64,000 nucleotides of DNA from Nitrospirota bacterium. Lineage in GTDB: Bacteria; Nitrospirota; UBA9217. Within the stretch, counting starts at the first letter, position 1. Each line of letters begins with the position of its first letter. Shown piece by piece: positions 33,809 through 44,555 of the stretch. The stretch is from assembly GCA_963740085.1 (NCBI GenBank), contig CAVUCU010000005.1, positions 96,001-160,000 of the forward strand, read 5' to 3'. The notes beneath the pieces are model-generated. The model did not search any database. It was not told the DNA's origin and worked only from the letters and a program-made list of their open reading frames with translations. The position numbers and the translations under genes are program-made.

Positions 33809-36196
33809 TTATTCTTCACCGTCCAGGATCGCCCGCACCTTTCGCAAGAGGTCGTTCATCGGTGCCGGCTTGTACATAAAGTTCAAACCTTTTTCCAGCA
33901 GCCCTTTTTGACTCATGATATCGGCGGAATATCCGCTGAGAAATAGCGTCTTGATATCAGGCTCGAAGAGCCTGATCTTATCATAGACCTCTTTTCCGTT
34001 CTTTTTCGGCATCATAACGTCTAGAAGGAGCAGTTTGATCGCGTCCCGGTTTAACATGAATTTCTTGACGGCATCCTCCCCGTTTTCCGCCTGAATTACG
34101 GAATAGCCGAACTGTGTCAGAACGTTGGTGATAAAATTTCGCACGATCTCATCATCCTCGGCCACGAGGATGGTCTCTGTGCCTCTTTTGACGGGGGGCA
34201 AATCGCTGGATTGTGTTCCTTCTGTTGCTCCTTGAGCGACCGGCAGATAAATCTTAAGTGTCGTTCCCCTTCCGACTTCGCTTTCAACCTCGATAAATCC
34301 GTTATGCTGCTTGATGATGCCGTAAACCATCGCGAGTCCAAGTCCCGTGCCCTTTCCCACGTCTTTTGTCGTGAAAAAGGGATCAAAGATCCTCTCCTGG
34401 GTCTGCTGATCCATCCCCATGCCCGAGTCCGTGACCAGGATCAGGGCATACGTCCCGGGTTTGCGGACATCATGGGCCTTTGCCGTAGCCTCGTCGAGGT
34501 CAACACGCTGCGTTTCTATATACAGGTATCCGCCGTCCGGCATTGCGTCACGAGCATTGGTCACGAGGTTCATCATTATCTGCTCGAGTTGCCCCGCATC
34601 CGCCAGGACCGTTACATCCTTATCGGTCAGGATACGCTTGAACTCCACGTCATCGCCGACGAGCCTCGCGAAGAGTCGTTCAACCTTAATGATAACTTCA
34701 TTAAGGTTGACCTGCTGGGGGTTCAGGACCTGCTTTCTGCTGTAGGCGAGCAGCCCCTGGGTCAGGCTTGCCGCCCGGTCGGCCGAAGCGAGGATCTGAT
34801 CCACGTTGTGCTTGAGCGGGTCGTCATCCGGCATTTTCATCCGCAAAAGGCTTCCGTATCCGATGATCGCGGTCAGGATATTGTTGAAGTCGTGGGAGAT
34901 CCCACCGGCAAGGGTCCCGATGGATTCCATCTTCTGGGACTGGCGGAGCTGATCTTCGAGCCGTTTCCGTTCCGAAATGTCGATACCGACTCCCACAAGA
35001 TACGGCTTGTCGTTCATGAGCATCCTGAATCCCGTCAGCATGAACGATATCGATACCCCGCTCTTCGTAACCATTTTTGCTTCAACCGAGGCGCTGCCGT
35101 TACGAAACACCTCTTGTATCATTCTACTGACCAGTTCCCGGTCCTCCCGGAAAAAATCGAGCGCATTCTTGTTTATGAGCTCTTCTGCTGAATAACCGGT
35201 CACCTCTCGCATATTTTTGTTCCATCGAATTACGTTTCCCGCCTCGCTAACGATATAGAACAGCCCGGGCAGGCTGTCGATGACCACATCGGAGAATTTT
35301 CGCTCCTCCAGCAGCGCCACCTCTGCCTTCCGGTGCTCGGTCACATCGATGCCGGTCGGGATCACGTACTCGACCGAACCGTCAGCGGCAAAGAGCGCGG
35401 TATTCGTCCAGGCGATCAGCTTTCGCTGCCCGTCCTTCGCTACCCAGTAGTTCTCGTATTTGTTCGGAAACATGCCTGAGGTGAGAGTGCTAAAGACTTT
35501 TTTTACGCCTTCGACCTGTTCCGGCGGCAGTAAAAAGTCCCATACGAACCGCCCCTGGACCTCCTCTAATGAGTAGCCGCTCACCAACTCACACGCACGG
35601 TTGAAACGGGCGATCCTGCCGTCACGGTCGAGCACAAGAACAATGGCGCCCACGGTGTCCAGCACTGTTGACACGAAATCGCGTTCTTTTTTAAGGTTTT
35701 CCTCCGCCTTTTTTTGCTCGGTAACGTCGCGGGTTATCCCGAGAAGGGCGATGATCTCATCCTCGTCATTGCGAAGGGGAACGGCATGGGTATCAAGCCA
35801 AAGCAGCCTACCCTTTATACCGGTCATCTTAAAGGTCAGTGTCCCTGACTTTCCCTGAAAGACGTCTTCCGTGAGTTTTCTGAAGGCCTCACGATATTCC
35901 GGAACAACAAGGGGATAAATCGATTTGCCCCTGGCCTGATCGGGCGACTCCACCTGGATCATCTCCAGTCCCGCGCGGTTCATCATGATCAGGGTGCCGT
36001 CGGAAGAAACGAGCTTGACGCATTCCGGCTCGGTCTCAATAATGGTCTGGAGAAATTTTTTGCTCTCACTGAGCGTTGTTTCCACCTGTTTGCTATAGGC
36101 GTTGTTATTCACCCGGAGAACTTCCCGAGTCACAGCACCGGCCTTCTCGGAACCATCATGTGGACCATCGGTATGGCGTTTTCTTTTTTTAATCAT
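33809..36196 (-). CDS. PAS(x3) hybrid histidine kinase with C-terminal receiver (CckA-like architecture)
   Basis: QSQKMESIGTLAGGISHDFNNIL, NLVTNARDAM, FFTTKDVGKGTGLGL, REC EDD..D..K. Confidence 0.93.
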   Translation of the reverse strand: MIKKRKRHTDGPHDGSEKAGAVTREVLRVNNNAYSKQVETTLSESKKFLQTIIETEPECVKLVSSDGTLIMMNRAGLEMIQVESPDQARGKSIYPLVVPEYREAFRKLTEDVFQGKSGTLTFKMTGIKGRLLWLDTHAVPLRNDEDEIIALLGITRDVTEQKKAEENLKKERDFVSTVLDTVGAIVLVLDRDGRIARFNRACELVSGYSLEEVQGRFVWDFLLPPEQVEGVKKVFSTLTSGMFPNKYENYWVAKDGQRKLIAWTNTALFAADGSVEYVIPTGIDVTEHRKAEVALLEERKFSDVVIDSLPGLFYIVSEAGNVIRWNKNMREVTGYSAEELINKNALDFFREDRELVSRMIQEVFRNGSASVEAKMVTKSGVSISFMLTGFRMLMNDKPYLVGVGIDISERKRLEDQLRQSQKMESIGTLAGGISHDFNNILTAIIGYGSLLRMKMPDDDPLKHNVDQILASADRAASLTQGLLAYSRKQVLNPQQVNLNEVIIKVERLFARLVGDDVEFKRILTDKDVTVLADAGQLEQIMMNLVTNARDAMPDGGYLYIETQRVDLDEATAKAHDVRKPGTYALILVTDSGMGMDQQTQERIFDPFFTTKDVGKGTGLGLAMVYGIIKQHNGFIEVESEVGRGTTLKIYLPVAQGATEGTQSSDLPPVKRGTETILVAEDDEIVRNFITNVLTQFGYSVIQAENGEDAVKKFMLNRDAIKLLLLDVMMPKKNGKEVYDKIRLFEPDIKTLFLSGYSADIMSQKGLLEKGLNFMYKPAPMNDLLRKVRAILDGEE

Positions 36197-36534
36197 TTCG
36201 GATCACGTCCATGAACAGGGTGCGGGGATGTTTATGCTTGCCGGAGGACTCGAAGCGTGTCGATTTCCACACACCTGAGCCTCAATAATACGTTCAAAAC
36301 CACCAAAAGTATACCAAAAAAAAGGCACGTATTGTTTTTATTTTTTCAATGGATCCTCAGGTTATGATCTTTGAAAAGACCGCATGCACGTTTTATTGAT
36401 TATGTAGCGACGGCCTGATGCCGGGCGCTAAATTGAGCTATAATAATACCTACAATAGTTTGGGAAAAAGGCTATCCTCCATATCCATCTTTTTTCATAA
36501 TAAGGTCTCAAGAGAACCAACCGGGAGGTTCACC

Positions 36535-36930
36535 ATGAAACGAACACTGTATATCATCGCAATCGTGCTTTTCACTACCCTCAACCCGTTCTTATCACCC
36601 GCAGATGAACAAGCTAAGAAGTCAACCGTGCCTGAAATTTTACAACAAAAAGAACAATACGAGAAGAATATGGAAGAGCGGCTCGGAAAGCTCGGCAGGC
36701 AACTCGACGATCTTAAGGCAAAGGTTGCGAAAATGACAACGGGGGCGCAAAAAGATATAAAACAGCAACTGGCAGAGGCCGAGAAAAAACAGAAGGCGGT
36801 GTCCCGGAAACTTGACGCGCTGAGACGTAAATCGGAAAAAGAATGGAAAAATTTTTCCACCCATGTGGACGAGGCGTGGGATGAATTCGAAAAGGCCTAT
36901 GAAAAGGCAAAAGCTCACTTCAAGGAGTAG
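36535..36930 (+). CDS. secreted coiled-coil hypothetical protein
   Basis: SD GGGAGG; signal-peptide-like MKRTLYIIAIVLFTTLNPFLSPA; helical Lys/Glu-rich body. Confidence 0.75.
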   Translation: MKRTLYIIAIVLFTTLNPFLSPADEQAKKSTVPEILQQKEQYEKNMEERLGKLGRQLDDLKAKVAKMTTGAQKDIKQQLAEAEKKQKAVSRKLDALRRKSEKEWKNFSTHVDEAWDEFEKAYEKAKAHFKE

Positions 36931-37096
36931 CTCTGTTGTGAGGATACTCGATTCCGAGGGTTTGGTCATATCCCCGTGGTCGCACCCATCTCACGGCGAC
37001 AGTTCCCCGAAGAATCTCCTATAAAAAAAGGATGCCGATGCAACAAGGCTTTCTAGTCCCGTTCCATCCGCATCCCTTGTTTGAACGACTCGATGC

Positions 37097-38884
37097 TTAC
37101 TCCGCCCGCACCAGGTCCTCGAACCTGATATCCACGCCGAACACGCCGACGATCTCGCTGTTGTCATTGCTGATGGGCGCCGAAACCGTGATGCAGAGCG
37201 CGCCGGTGATCTTCGAGGTATAGAAGTCCGACACGAAGCTCTTGCCGTCCTTCATCGGATTGATGAACCACGAACGGTCCGAGAAGTTATCGCCCAGCCC
37301 GGCGGTCTCGTACTTCGCCTTGTTCTCGATATCCGTGATGTTTTTGGTGATCTTTTTACCCTCTCTATTCACTACATAGGCGAACTGGATGTAAGGATCT
37401 TCCCGCTGGAGCTTCTCCATCACCGGTTCCTGCTTCGCCGGATCCATGGACCGGATATCCGGCCGTTCAACAAAGTTCTCAACGATGTGGCGCGCCACTT
37501 CCGATGCTTTCTTTTTCAGCCGGTCAAGGTCGGAGACGAAGTACTCGGGGAGGGACTTTTTCGCCCGCTCCTGCAGTTCGTCGTGGGAGATGCTCGTGGT
37601 GCGTCCCTGTTCATACTGTTCCAATACCCACTTGTTCATCGTAGCGAGACCCGGGTGTCGCTTGTCAATTTTTTTGTCCGCATCCAGCCCAAGGTGGCTG
37701 TTCACCCAGTGGGCAATGCCCGCGATGCCGGATTTGTCCGTAATGATCACTCCCATCGGCCGCTTCAGGATCTTCGTGGTATCGAAGATGTTGTAGATCT
37801 CCTCGTTCTTCATCATGCCGTCGGCATGGATACCCGCGCTCGTGGAGTTGAACTCCGAGCCGACAAAAGGATAGTTCGAAGGGATGGGGAAGCCCAGCTC
37901 GCGCCGGAAGTATTCGGCCATTTCGGTGATCGCCGTGGTGTCGATCCCTTCCCCGTTCCCCGTGAGGCTGATGTAGTCGATCAGCAGCGCCTCGACCGGC
38001 GTGTTTCCCGTTCGCTCGCCAAAACCCAGGAGCGCTCCATTCACAGCGGCGCAGCCGTACATCCATGCGGCCACGCCGTTCACGAGCCCTTTGTGAAAGT
38101 CATTGTGGCCATGCCATTCGAGCTGCTCCGAAGGCACCCCTCCATCATGGATCAGGGAATAGAATATCTCAGGCACGCCGCGCGGGAGGGCAGTGCCCGG
38201 GAAGGGAAAACCGTAGCCCATGGTGTCGCAGGCCCGGACCTTGACCGGGATCTTGGCCGCCTCTGAGAGCTTCATCAGCTCCTGCACAAAGGGGATGACG
38301 AAACCGTAGAAGTCAGCCCGCGTAATGTCCTCGAGGTGGCAGCGCGGAACGATGCCCTGATCCAGTGCCGTAACAACGATGTCGAGATATTGCTGGAGCG
38401 CTTCCTTGCGGGACAGATTGAGCTTTAGAAAGATGTGGTAGTCGGAGCACGAGGTGAGAATGCCCGTTTCCTTGAGTCCGATCTCCTTCACCAGCTTGAA
38501 GTCTTTCTTGTTCGCCCTGATCCAGCCGGTGATCTCAGGGAAACGATAACCTCGCTCCATGCAGAGCTTCACCGCTTCCCGGTCCTTGTCAGAGTAAAGG
38601 AAGAATTCGGTCTGCCGGATAACGCCGTTCGGCCCGCTCATCCGGTGCATGAAGTCAAAGATGTCGGCGATCTGATCGGGCGTATAGGGCGGCCGCGACT
38701 GTTGACCATCGCGAAACGTGGTGTCCGTGATCCAAATGTCCTTCGGAATATTGGTCTGGATCATTCGGTCCTCGAGTACTACCCGGGGCACGTTTGAATA
38801 GGGGAACATGTCCCGGTACAATACCGGCTCTTTTACGTTCTTGAGGTCAAAGGGTGTTTTGATTGTCTGCTTTTTGATGGTCAA
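37097..38884 (-). CDS. DRE-TIM metallolyase (Re-citrate synthase-like) with C-terminal Cache/PDC-like domain
   Basis: ITDTTFRDGQQ, WHGHNDF, GERTGN, AGIHADG; tail FSDRSWF..SDFYTSKITGALCITVSAPI..GVFGVDI; TTG start after SD GGGAGG. Confidence 0.8.
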   Translation of the reverse strand: MTIKKQTIKTPFDLKNVKEPVLYRDMFPYSNVPRVVLEDRMIQTNIPKDIWITDTTFRDGQQSRPPYTPDQIADIFDFMHRMSGPNGVIRQTEFFLYSDKDREAVKLCMERGYRFPEITGWIRANKKDFKLVKEIGLKETGILTSCSDYHIFLKLNLSRKEALQQYLDIVVTALDQGIVPRCHLEDITRADFYGFVIPFVQELMKLSEAAKIPVKVRACDTMGYGFPFPGTALPRGVPEIFYSLIHDGGVPSEQLEWHGHNDFHKGLVNGVAAWMYGCAAVNGALLGFGERTGNTPVEALLIDYISLTGNGEGIDTTAITEMAEYFRRELGFPIPSNYPFVGSEFNSTSAGIHADGMMKNEEIYNIFDTTKILKRPMGVIITDKSGIAGIAHWVNSHLGLDADKKIDKRHPGLATMNKWVLEQYEQGRTTSISHDELQERAKKSLPEYFVSDLDRLKKKASEVARHIVENFVERPDIRSMDPAKQEPVMEKLQREDPYIQFAYVVNREGKKITKNITDIENKAKYETAGLGDNFSDRSWFINPMKDGKSFVSDFYTSKITGALCITVSAPISNDNSEIVGVFGVDIRFEDLVRAE

Positions 38885-38906
38885 TTTAACCTCCCTGACT
38901 TGAAAC

Positions 38907-39000
38907 AATTTCTAAATTCGAATATCAAAATCCGAACGCTTCGTATGGAAATTTGAAGATTGGTATTTGTTTCGGATTTAGTATTTAGTGCTTCGAGTTT
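38907..39000. repeat. 7-bp periodic inverted-repeat element
   Basis: AATTTCT AAATTCG AATATCA AAATCCG ... TGGTATT TGTT TCGGATT TAGTATT TAGTGCT TCGAGTT; first 16 nt identical to 27774-27789. Confidence 0.85.
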
Positions 39001-39003
39001 GCA

Positions 39004-39663
39004 TCATCTTCCCCGTATCCCCCTGATCGCCGCCGCATAATCCTTCTTACCGAAAACCGCCGAACCTGCCACAAGGATATCAGCACCCGCGTCGATGATC
39101 TGTGCCGCATTCTCGGGCTTTACCCCGCCGTCCACCTCGATCTCGATCTTCAAGCCCAACCCGTCAATACGTTTCCGAAGCTGCTGGATCTTGCCCATGG
39201 CCGAGGGAATGAACGACTGCCCGCCAAAGCCCGGGTTCACGGACATAATGAGAACCATGTCGAGTTCGGGCAGAATATAATCAAGGCACGAAAGAGGCGT
39301 AGCGGGGTTCAGTGCCGCTGCAGCCTTCACGCCCTTGTGCTCCCGGATCGACTGGATAAGCCTGTTCAGGTGAAATCCGGTCTCCACGTGTACCGTAATA
39401 TAATCGGCCCCTGCCTTTGCAAAATCTGCAATGTACAGCTCCGGGTTGGTGATCATCAGGTGTACATCGAGCGGTAATGTGGTGGACCTGCGGGCTGCCT
39501 CAACGATCAGCGGGCCGATGGTGATATTCGGCACAAAGTGCCCGTCCATCACGTCGACATGAATAACATCGGCACCGGCTGCCTCGACCGCTTTGATCTC
39601 CTCGCCCAACCGGGAGAAGTCGGCGGAAAGAATGGAGGGGGCTATCTTGATCTTTTTCGTCAT
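39004..39663 (-). CDS. rpe: ribulose-phosphate 3-epimerase
   Basis: [36 protein letters not shown]. Confidence 0.97.
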   Translation of the reverse strand: MTKKIKIAPSILSADFSRLGEEIKAVEAAGADVIHVDVMDGHFVPNITIGPLIVEAARRSTTLPLDVHLMITNPELYIADFAKAGADYITVHVETGFHLNRLIQSIREHKGVKAAAALNPATPLSCLDYILPELDMVLIMSVNPGFGGQSFIPSAMGKIQQLRKRIDGLGLKIEIEVDGGVKPENAAQIIDAGADILVAGSAVFGKKDYAAAIRGIRGR

Positions 39664-39694
39664 GGTATTCCTCAAAAAATTGCGCGCAGCGCGC

Positions 39695-40411
39695 TCATCT
39701 GCTCACCACAATCTCCACTGTTGTATCCATGGAAACGGGCGACCCGGCCATCGGCTTCTGGTGGATGACAATCCGGTCCGTTCCTATTTCCCTGTCCCCC
39801 GGCGACCCCGTGGTGACCCTGCGCTGCAGGCCAAGCCTGTCGACAATCTTGAGCGCCTCTTCCGCTTTTTTCCCCGTCAACACCGGCATGACATACTGAG
39901 GCGCTTTATTGCCGGTACTGATGAGCATGCTGATACTGCCCCCCTTTTCAAGCGGGCTGCCGGCCTCCGGCTCCTGCGCGATCACGATATCTCGCTCCAC
40001 TCGGTCAGAGGACACCCTTGACACCGTGCCGGGTGAAAAGCCCGCCTGCCGTATCATGATATCGGCCTTACGAAAGTTTTCTCCCACCAGCTTTAACGTC
40101 TGGGTGTCACTTGGCCCCTGGCTGACGACCACGTGCACTTGCCGGCCCTTTTTTATCCCGCCCCCCGGCGCCGGCGATTGCGAAATTACCGAGTCTCTCG
40201 GCAGGGTTGGATGAGATTCCCTCCGGTCCACCTTGAGCTGCAATCCCTGCTGAGCAACGGTCTCGATCACGTTCACAATGTCCTGTCCCACAAGGTCAGG
40301 CACGCGCACCTCTTCCTGTCGGAGAAGCAACGCAACAACGGCGAATGCGCTCACAATTCCCACGCCGATAAGTGCAATGAATAAACCCAGACCTTTTAGA
40401 AACCGTACCAT
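39695..40411 (-). CDS. membrane-anchored PASTA-domain protein (three repeats, no kinase)
   Basis: N-terminal TM; [21 protein letters not shown] repeated. Confidence 0.88.
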   Translation of the reverse strand: MVRFLKGLGLFIALIGVGIVSAFAVVALLLRQEEVRVPDLVGQDIVNVIETVAQQGLQLKVDRRESHPTLPRDSVISQSPAPGGGIKKGRQVHVVVSQGPSDTQTLKLVGENFRKADIMIRQAGFSPGTVSRVSSDRVERDIVIAQEPEAGSPLEKGGSISMLISTGNKAPQYVMPVLTGKKAEEALKIVDRLGLQRRVTTGSPGDREIGTDRIVIHQKPMAGSPVSMDTTVEIVVSR

Positions 40412-40473
40412 GTTAGAACACGCATTTTACCATAGTAAATTTACAATGCAAGAACTTCTGATACCGGAGAATC

Positions 40474-41834
40474 CTATGCCCCTGGACCCTCCGTTCTTTT
40501 CACCATCCTCACACCGAAGAACCCGTCCATCTCCGCAGCCTGCGGGAACGTCCTGAAGAAGCCCTCTGCCGTCACAAGCGCTGCCGCTGCCTGCGAAAGA
40601 AAGGGGCGCGGATCATCGATTCTGAAGGAGCTTCCCGGTCCGGCAAGAAACCAGGCAATAGCGTTTTCGTTCTCTTCGGGCTCCGTCGTACAGGTGGCGT
40701 AAACGAGCGTCCCGCCCGGCTTCAGCAGGGAGGCACAGTTCTCGAGAATCCGCCTCTGGAGCGCCGTATGCTCACTCACCGTCCGCTCTGTCTTGTTCCA
40801 CCTGCCGTCAGGATGCCTGCGCAGCACACCCAGGCCGGAGCAGGGCGCATCGATAAGGACCCTGTCAAAGACCCCTGCATGATACTTCGATGCATCACCC
40901 TGCAATGGCGAGATGATCGTGGTCCCGAGACGCCTGCTGTTCTCGCGGATCTTCGCGATCCGTGAAGCATCAAGCTCGAGCGCCACGACCATGCCCTGGT
41001 CGTGCATCAGTTCGGCCAGGTGCGTTGCCTTGCCGCCGGGGGCCGCGCAGGCATCCATGATCGTCTCGCCGGGCTGAGGCGCGAGCAGAAGGCTGATAAG
41101 CTGAGCAGCCTGGTCCTGGACCATGAACCAGCCGTCTCGATAGGCCTGAAGCGTGCGCAGCCACTGAGGTGAGGAATGAATGTCGAGACCGACAGGAGAT
41201 CGGGTCGTCTCCGATACCTGCACACCCTCGGCTTCCAGCGCGGCCCGGAGAGCGGACCGCGTTGTCTTAAGCCTATTCGTCCTGATCGTGAGAAGTGCGG
41301 GACGATTGTTCTCGAGGAGCAGCGTCTCCGTCGTCTCAGCGCCGTAACGCGAGACCCAGCGTTTCACGAGCCAGGCCGGGTGCGAGTAGAGCATCGACAG
41401 CCGCTCGACCGGGTCCCCGGATTCCGGATAGGTGATCGTGCTCCGCTTTCTGTCCAGACCCCTGAGCAAGCCGTTCACATACCCGTGCTTGTTGCCATGC
41501 TCTTTCGCGAGTTCCACGGAGGTGTTCACGGCAGCGCTCACCGGCACGCGGTCAAGGAAGAGCATCTGGTAGGCGCCGAGCCGCAGGATATTGCGGGTCC
41601 GGACATCGGTTTTTTCCACGGGCTGGACGGAGAATTGGTTCAGCGTCCAGTCAAGCAGGGCACTGATTCCTGAGCACACCATATACAAGCTCAAGAAGGA
41701 AGGCGCTGTCGCGGGCATCCAGGGACTCGTCGCGCCTTGGCAAGCGGCGTATCGATAAATACGCCGTCTTCGGTACGGCAAAGGATCGTGAGCGCCGTCT
41801 CCCGCGTGATATCCTTAAGCGGCACGGGGTTCAC
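40474..41834 (-). CDS. rsmB: 16S rRNA m5C967 methyltransferase, with two +1 frameshifts (~41729, ~41662)
   Basis: NusB-like N-terminus (RETALTIL..DSAFLLELVYGVLR) in shifted frames; DACAAPGGK, DAPCSGLG, YATCT. Confidence 0.9.
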
Positions 41835-42588
41835 CGGAGCTGCCTACGAAGAAATCGAGCGCTTCAGCGACCCTTCTGATATCTACGCTGGTGTTGAAAC
41901 AGGGTCCGAAGGGACGGTCGTTCAGGATCCCGATCACGGGCAGGGGGTACGCATCCTGGATCCCGCTCGTCAGGTCACGCTCGCAGGCAACTGCAATGAT
42001 GGCTTCCGGCTTTGACTCCGCCACCCTGCGCCGCGCGAGCGTTCCACCCGTGGCCACGGAGAGGTGGACGTTGTATTTCCGGGCCAGCTCCACAAGGTCC
42101 TTGATCTTGCATTTGCCGCAGGCCTGGCATTTGGATACATCACTCGTGACCTTGATCGCGCAGTCGCTGAACTGGAGGCAGTGCGGCATCAGGAGCAGGA
42201 TGCGCTTGGGCCTGTTCTCGGCGTAGCGGGCGCGGACGAGCAGATTATTCACCTCCACGAAGGACTGCTGTACCTTCTCTTTGGACATTCCGAGCAGTTT
42301 CCCCAGCACGATCATGATGGGGAAAAGCACCTCGATCACGATCCCGCGGAGCCGTGCGGCGAAAAATATCTCCTTGCCCCTGACGAGCGTGAGGATCAAC
42401 AATACCACGCCGAGGATCAGGAACCCGAGCGCCCCGCCCATACCGTATAACACGATCGTCGGCGCAAGCGGATGGATGTTCCTGAGCCCCACATAAGGGA
42501 TCAGATAGATCACTACAGCAACCGCGGTAATGAACAAGACCGTGAAGACAATGAGGCCGATGAATATTCTTTTTTTGGGTTCGGACAT
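41815..42588 (-). CDS. DUF116 family membrane protein
   Basis: LLMPHCLQ..C..C.CGKC..ATGGTLARR..AVACERDL; usual neighbour of fmt/rsmB. Confidence 0.85.
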   Translation of the reverse strand: MSEPKKRIFIGLIVFTVLFITAVAVVIYLIPYVGLRNIHPLAPTIVLYGMGGALGFLILGVVLLILTLVRGKEIFFAARLRGIVIEVLFPIMIVLGKLLGMSKEKVQQSFVEVNNLLVRARYAENRPKRILLLMPHCLQFSDCAIKVTSDVSKCQACGKCKIKDLVELARKYNVHLSVATGGTLARRRVAESKPEAIIAVACERDLTSGIQDAYPLPVIGILNDRPFGPCFNTSVDIRRVAEALDFFVGSSGEPRAA

Positions 42589-42597
42589 GGTTTTAGA

Positions 42598-42713
42598 AAG
42601 TCAATGCAAAAGTCAAATTGCAAACCATGCAAATTTAAACAATTGAGGGATCAAGACAACTGGATTATTCTAAGGGTTTAAACGTTTTGGATATTTGCAT
42701 TCATTTAGCATTT
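42598..42713. repeat. 7-bp periodic inverted-repeat element (degenerate)
   Basis: TCAATGC AAAAGTC AAATTGC AAA..ATGC AAATTTA ... ATATTTGCATTCATTTAGCATTT; same family as the inner element at ~30973. Confidence 0.6.
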
Positions 42714-43645
42714 AATACCGTGCTTCGAATTTCTTTCCACGCAATCCCCCGGTGTCCCCGCATGAACTCACCCGCGGTCATGGGCCTTTTCCCCTCGGGT
42801 TGAATGCTTAGTATGCGGAGCAGGCCGCTGCCGGTTCCTGCCACCAGGGTACTCTTGTCCCTTTCGTACAACAAACCCGGCTCGCCGGTCCCGTCAAGGA
42901 CCCCGGTTGCGATGATCTTGACCATCTTCTTGTCCAGAGAGGAGTATGCGCCAGGCCAGGGAGAAAGTCCCCGAACTCGGTTGTGGATCTCCCGGGCGGA
43001 AAGGTCCCAGTCGATGAGACCGTCTCCTTTTTTAAGGAGGGGCGCCATGGTGGCTTTCGTTCCGTCCTGGGCAACCGGAGTAAGTTTTCCTGACGCGAGA
43101 AGCGGCAATGCAGTTATGATGAGTTTCGCGCCGAGCGATGCAAGCTGTTCCTTCAGCGCCCCCGCAGTGTCTTCCGGGCCGATGGGGATGCTCTCCTGAG
43201 TCAGGATCGCGCCCGTGTCCATGCCTTCGTCCATAAGCATGATGGTAATTCCGGTCTTCTGCTCGCCGCGGATGACCGCCCAGTTGATGGGTGCGGCGCC
43301 CCGGTACGCGGGCAGAAGCGAAGCATGGATATTGATGCAGCCGAATTTCGGGAGCATCAGGATGTCTTTCGGAAGTATCTGTCCGTACGCTGCCACTACG
43401 ATCGCCTCGGGGTCCATCTTCCGGAGAACTCCGATGAACTCCGGGTCCCTCACACGCTTGGGCTGAAATACCGCGAGCCTCAGTTCCTCGGCAGCAAGCT
43501 TGACCGGTGGGGCGGCAAGGGTCCGGCCGCGGCCCGCCGGCTTGTCGGTACGCGTGACCACACCGGCAATATCGTGTCCTGCTGCGACCAGGGCGCGGAG
43601 CGGCTCAACGGCGAATTGCGGCGTTCCCATGTAGACGAGTCTCAT
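42701..43645 (-). CDS. fmt: methionyl-tRNA formyltransferase
   Basis: MRLVYMGTPQFA, INIHASLLPAYRGAAPI, MDTG. Confidence 0.96.
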   Translation of the reverse strand: MRLVYMGTPQFAVEPLRALVAAGHDIAGVVTRTDKPAGRGRTLAAPPVKLAAEELRLAVFQPKRVRDPEFIGVLRKMDPEAIVVAAYGQILPKDILMLPKFGCINIHASLLPAYRGAAPINWAVIRGEQKTGITIMLMDEGMDTGAILTQESIPIGPEDTAGALKEQLASLGAKLIITALPLLASGKLTPVAQDGTKATMAPLLKKGDGLIDWDLSAREIHNRVRGLSPWPGAYSSLDKKMVKIIATGVLDGTGEPGLLYERDKSTLVAGTGSGLLRILSIQPEGKRPMTAGEFMRGHRGIAWKEIRSTVLNAK

Positions 43646-43648
43646 AAC

Positions 43649-43767
43649 AAACTCCAGGTCCAAAGCACCAAATGACAAATAATAACCAAGCACCAAATGC
43701 CAAACGTTTGATTATTGCAATTCGGTTATTGGTATTTATTTGGAACTTGGGAGTTGTAATTTGGAGC
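43649..43767. repeat. 7-bp periodic inverted-repeat element (longest, about 7-8 units per arm)
   Basis: AAACTCC AGGTCCA AAGCACC AAATGAC AAAT AATAACC AAGCACC AAATGCC AAAC|GTTT GATTATT GCAATTC GGTTATT GGTATTT ATTT GGAACTT GGGAGTT GTAATTT GGAGC. Confidence 0.9.
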
Positions 43768-43778
43768 CTGCTAAAGAG

Positions 43779-44294
43779 CTACTTCTCCATCAGCATCTTC
43801 TTGAGCCTTCGCTTGAAAAGACTCTTCTTAAGCGAACTTAATCTGTCCACGAACAACAGGCCGTTCAGATGGTCGATCTCGTGCTGAAGGGCCTTGGCCA
43901 TGAGGCCTTCAGCCTCAAGCTCGAACTGCTTGCCCGTCCTGTCCTGAGCCCGGACCTTGACCCGTGCTGCGCGCTTGACCTTCTCCGCATAGTCCGGGAT
44001 GCTGAGGCAGCCTTCTTCTTCAACGACCGACCCCTCCATGGAAAGTATCTCGGGATTGATGATGATGAGAAGCGGGTGACGCTGTTCTTCGTCTTCCCGC
44101 GAGCTCAAGTCGATCACTGCCAGCTGGAGTGGCACTCCCACCTGGTTTGCCGCCAGCCCGACGCCGGGAGCTGCGCGCATGGTCGCCACCATATCCTCGA
44201 TCAAACGGTCAAGGGTGCTGTCGATGCGCTCTACGCGGGAAGTTTTATTCCGGAGCACAGGGTCCGGATAAGTGCGAATTTCACGGAGTGCCAT
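43779..44294 (-). CDS. def: peptide deformylase
   Basis: GVGLAANQ, EGCLS, QHEIDHLNG. Confidence 0.97.
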   Translation of the reverse strand: MALREIRTYPDPVLRNKTSRVERIDSTLDRLIEDMVATMRAAPGVGLAANQVGVPLQLAVIDLSSREDEEQRHPLLIIINPEILSMEGSVVEEEGCLSIPDYAEKVKRAARVKVRAQDRTGKQFELEAEGLMAKALQHEIDHLNGLLFVDRLSSLKKSLFKRRLKKMLMEK

Positions 44295-44555
44295 AGTCAT
44301 TCATATGTAACATGATTTATTTTATAAATCAAGGCATAAGATGAATAAGTTCATGCACGGGCAATGCCTGATCTGCCGGTGGTGCAGAACAAGGAATTCA
44401 ATGACTTCTCTGGGAATCACGGAAAAGCTTTGTGGCACTCAACCCCCCGCGCTCACCTGTTCCCGGCACGCGCTGTCCGTGATTCACTCCCTATTTCTCC
44501 CACCCTTCCCGGGGTTTTGCCTTGCAATAGCAACATCACCATGATATAACCCTGC

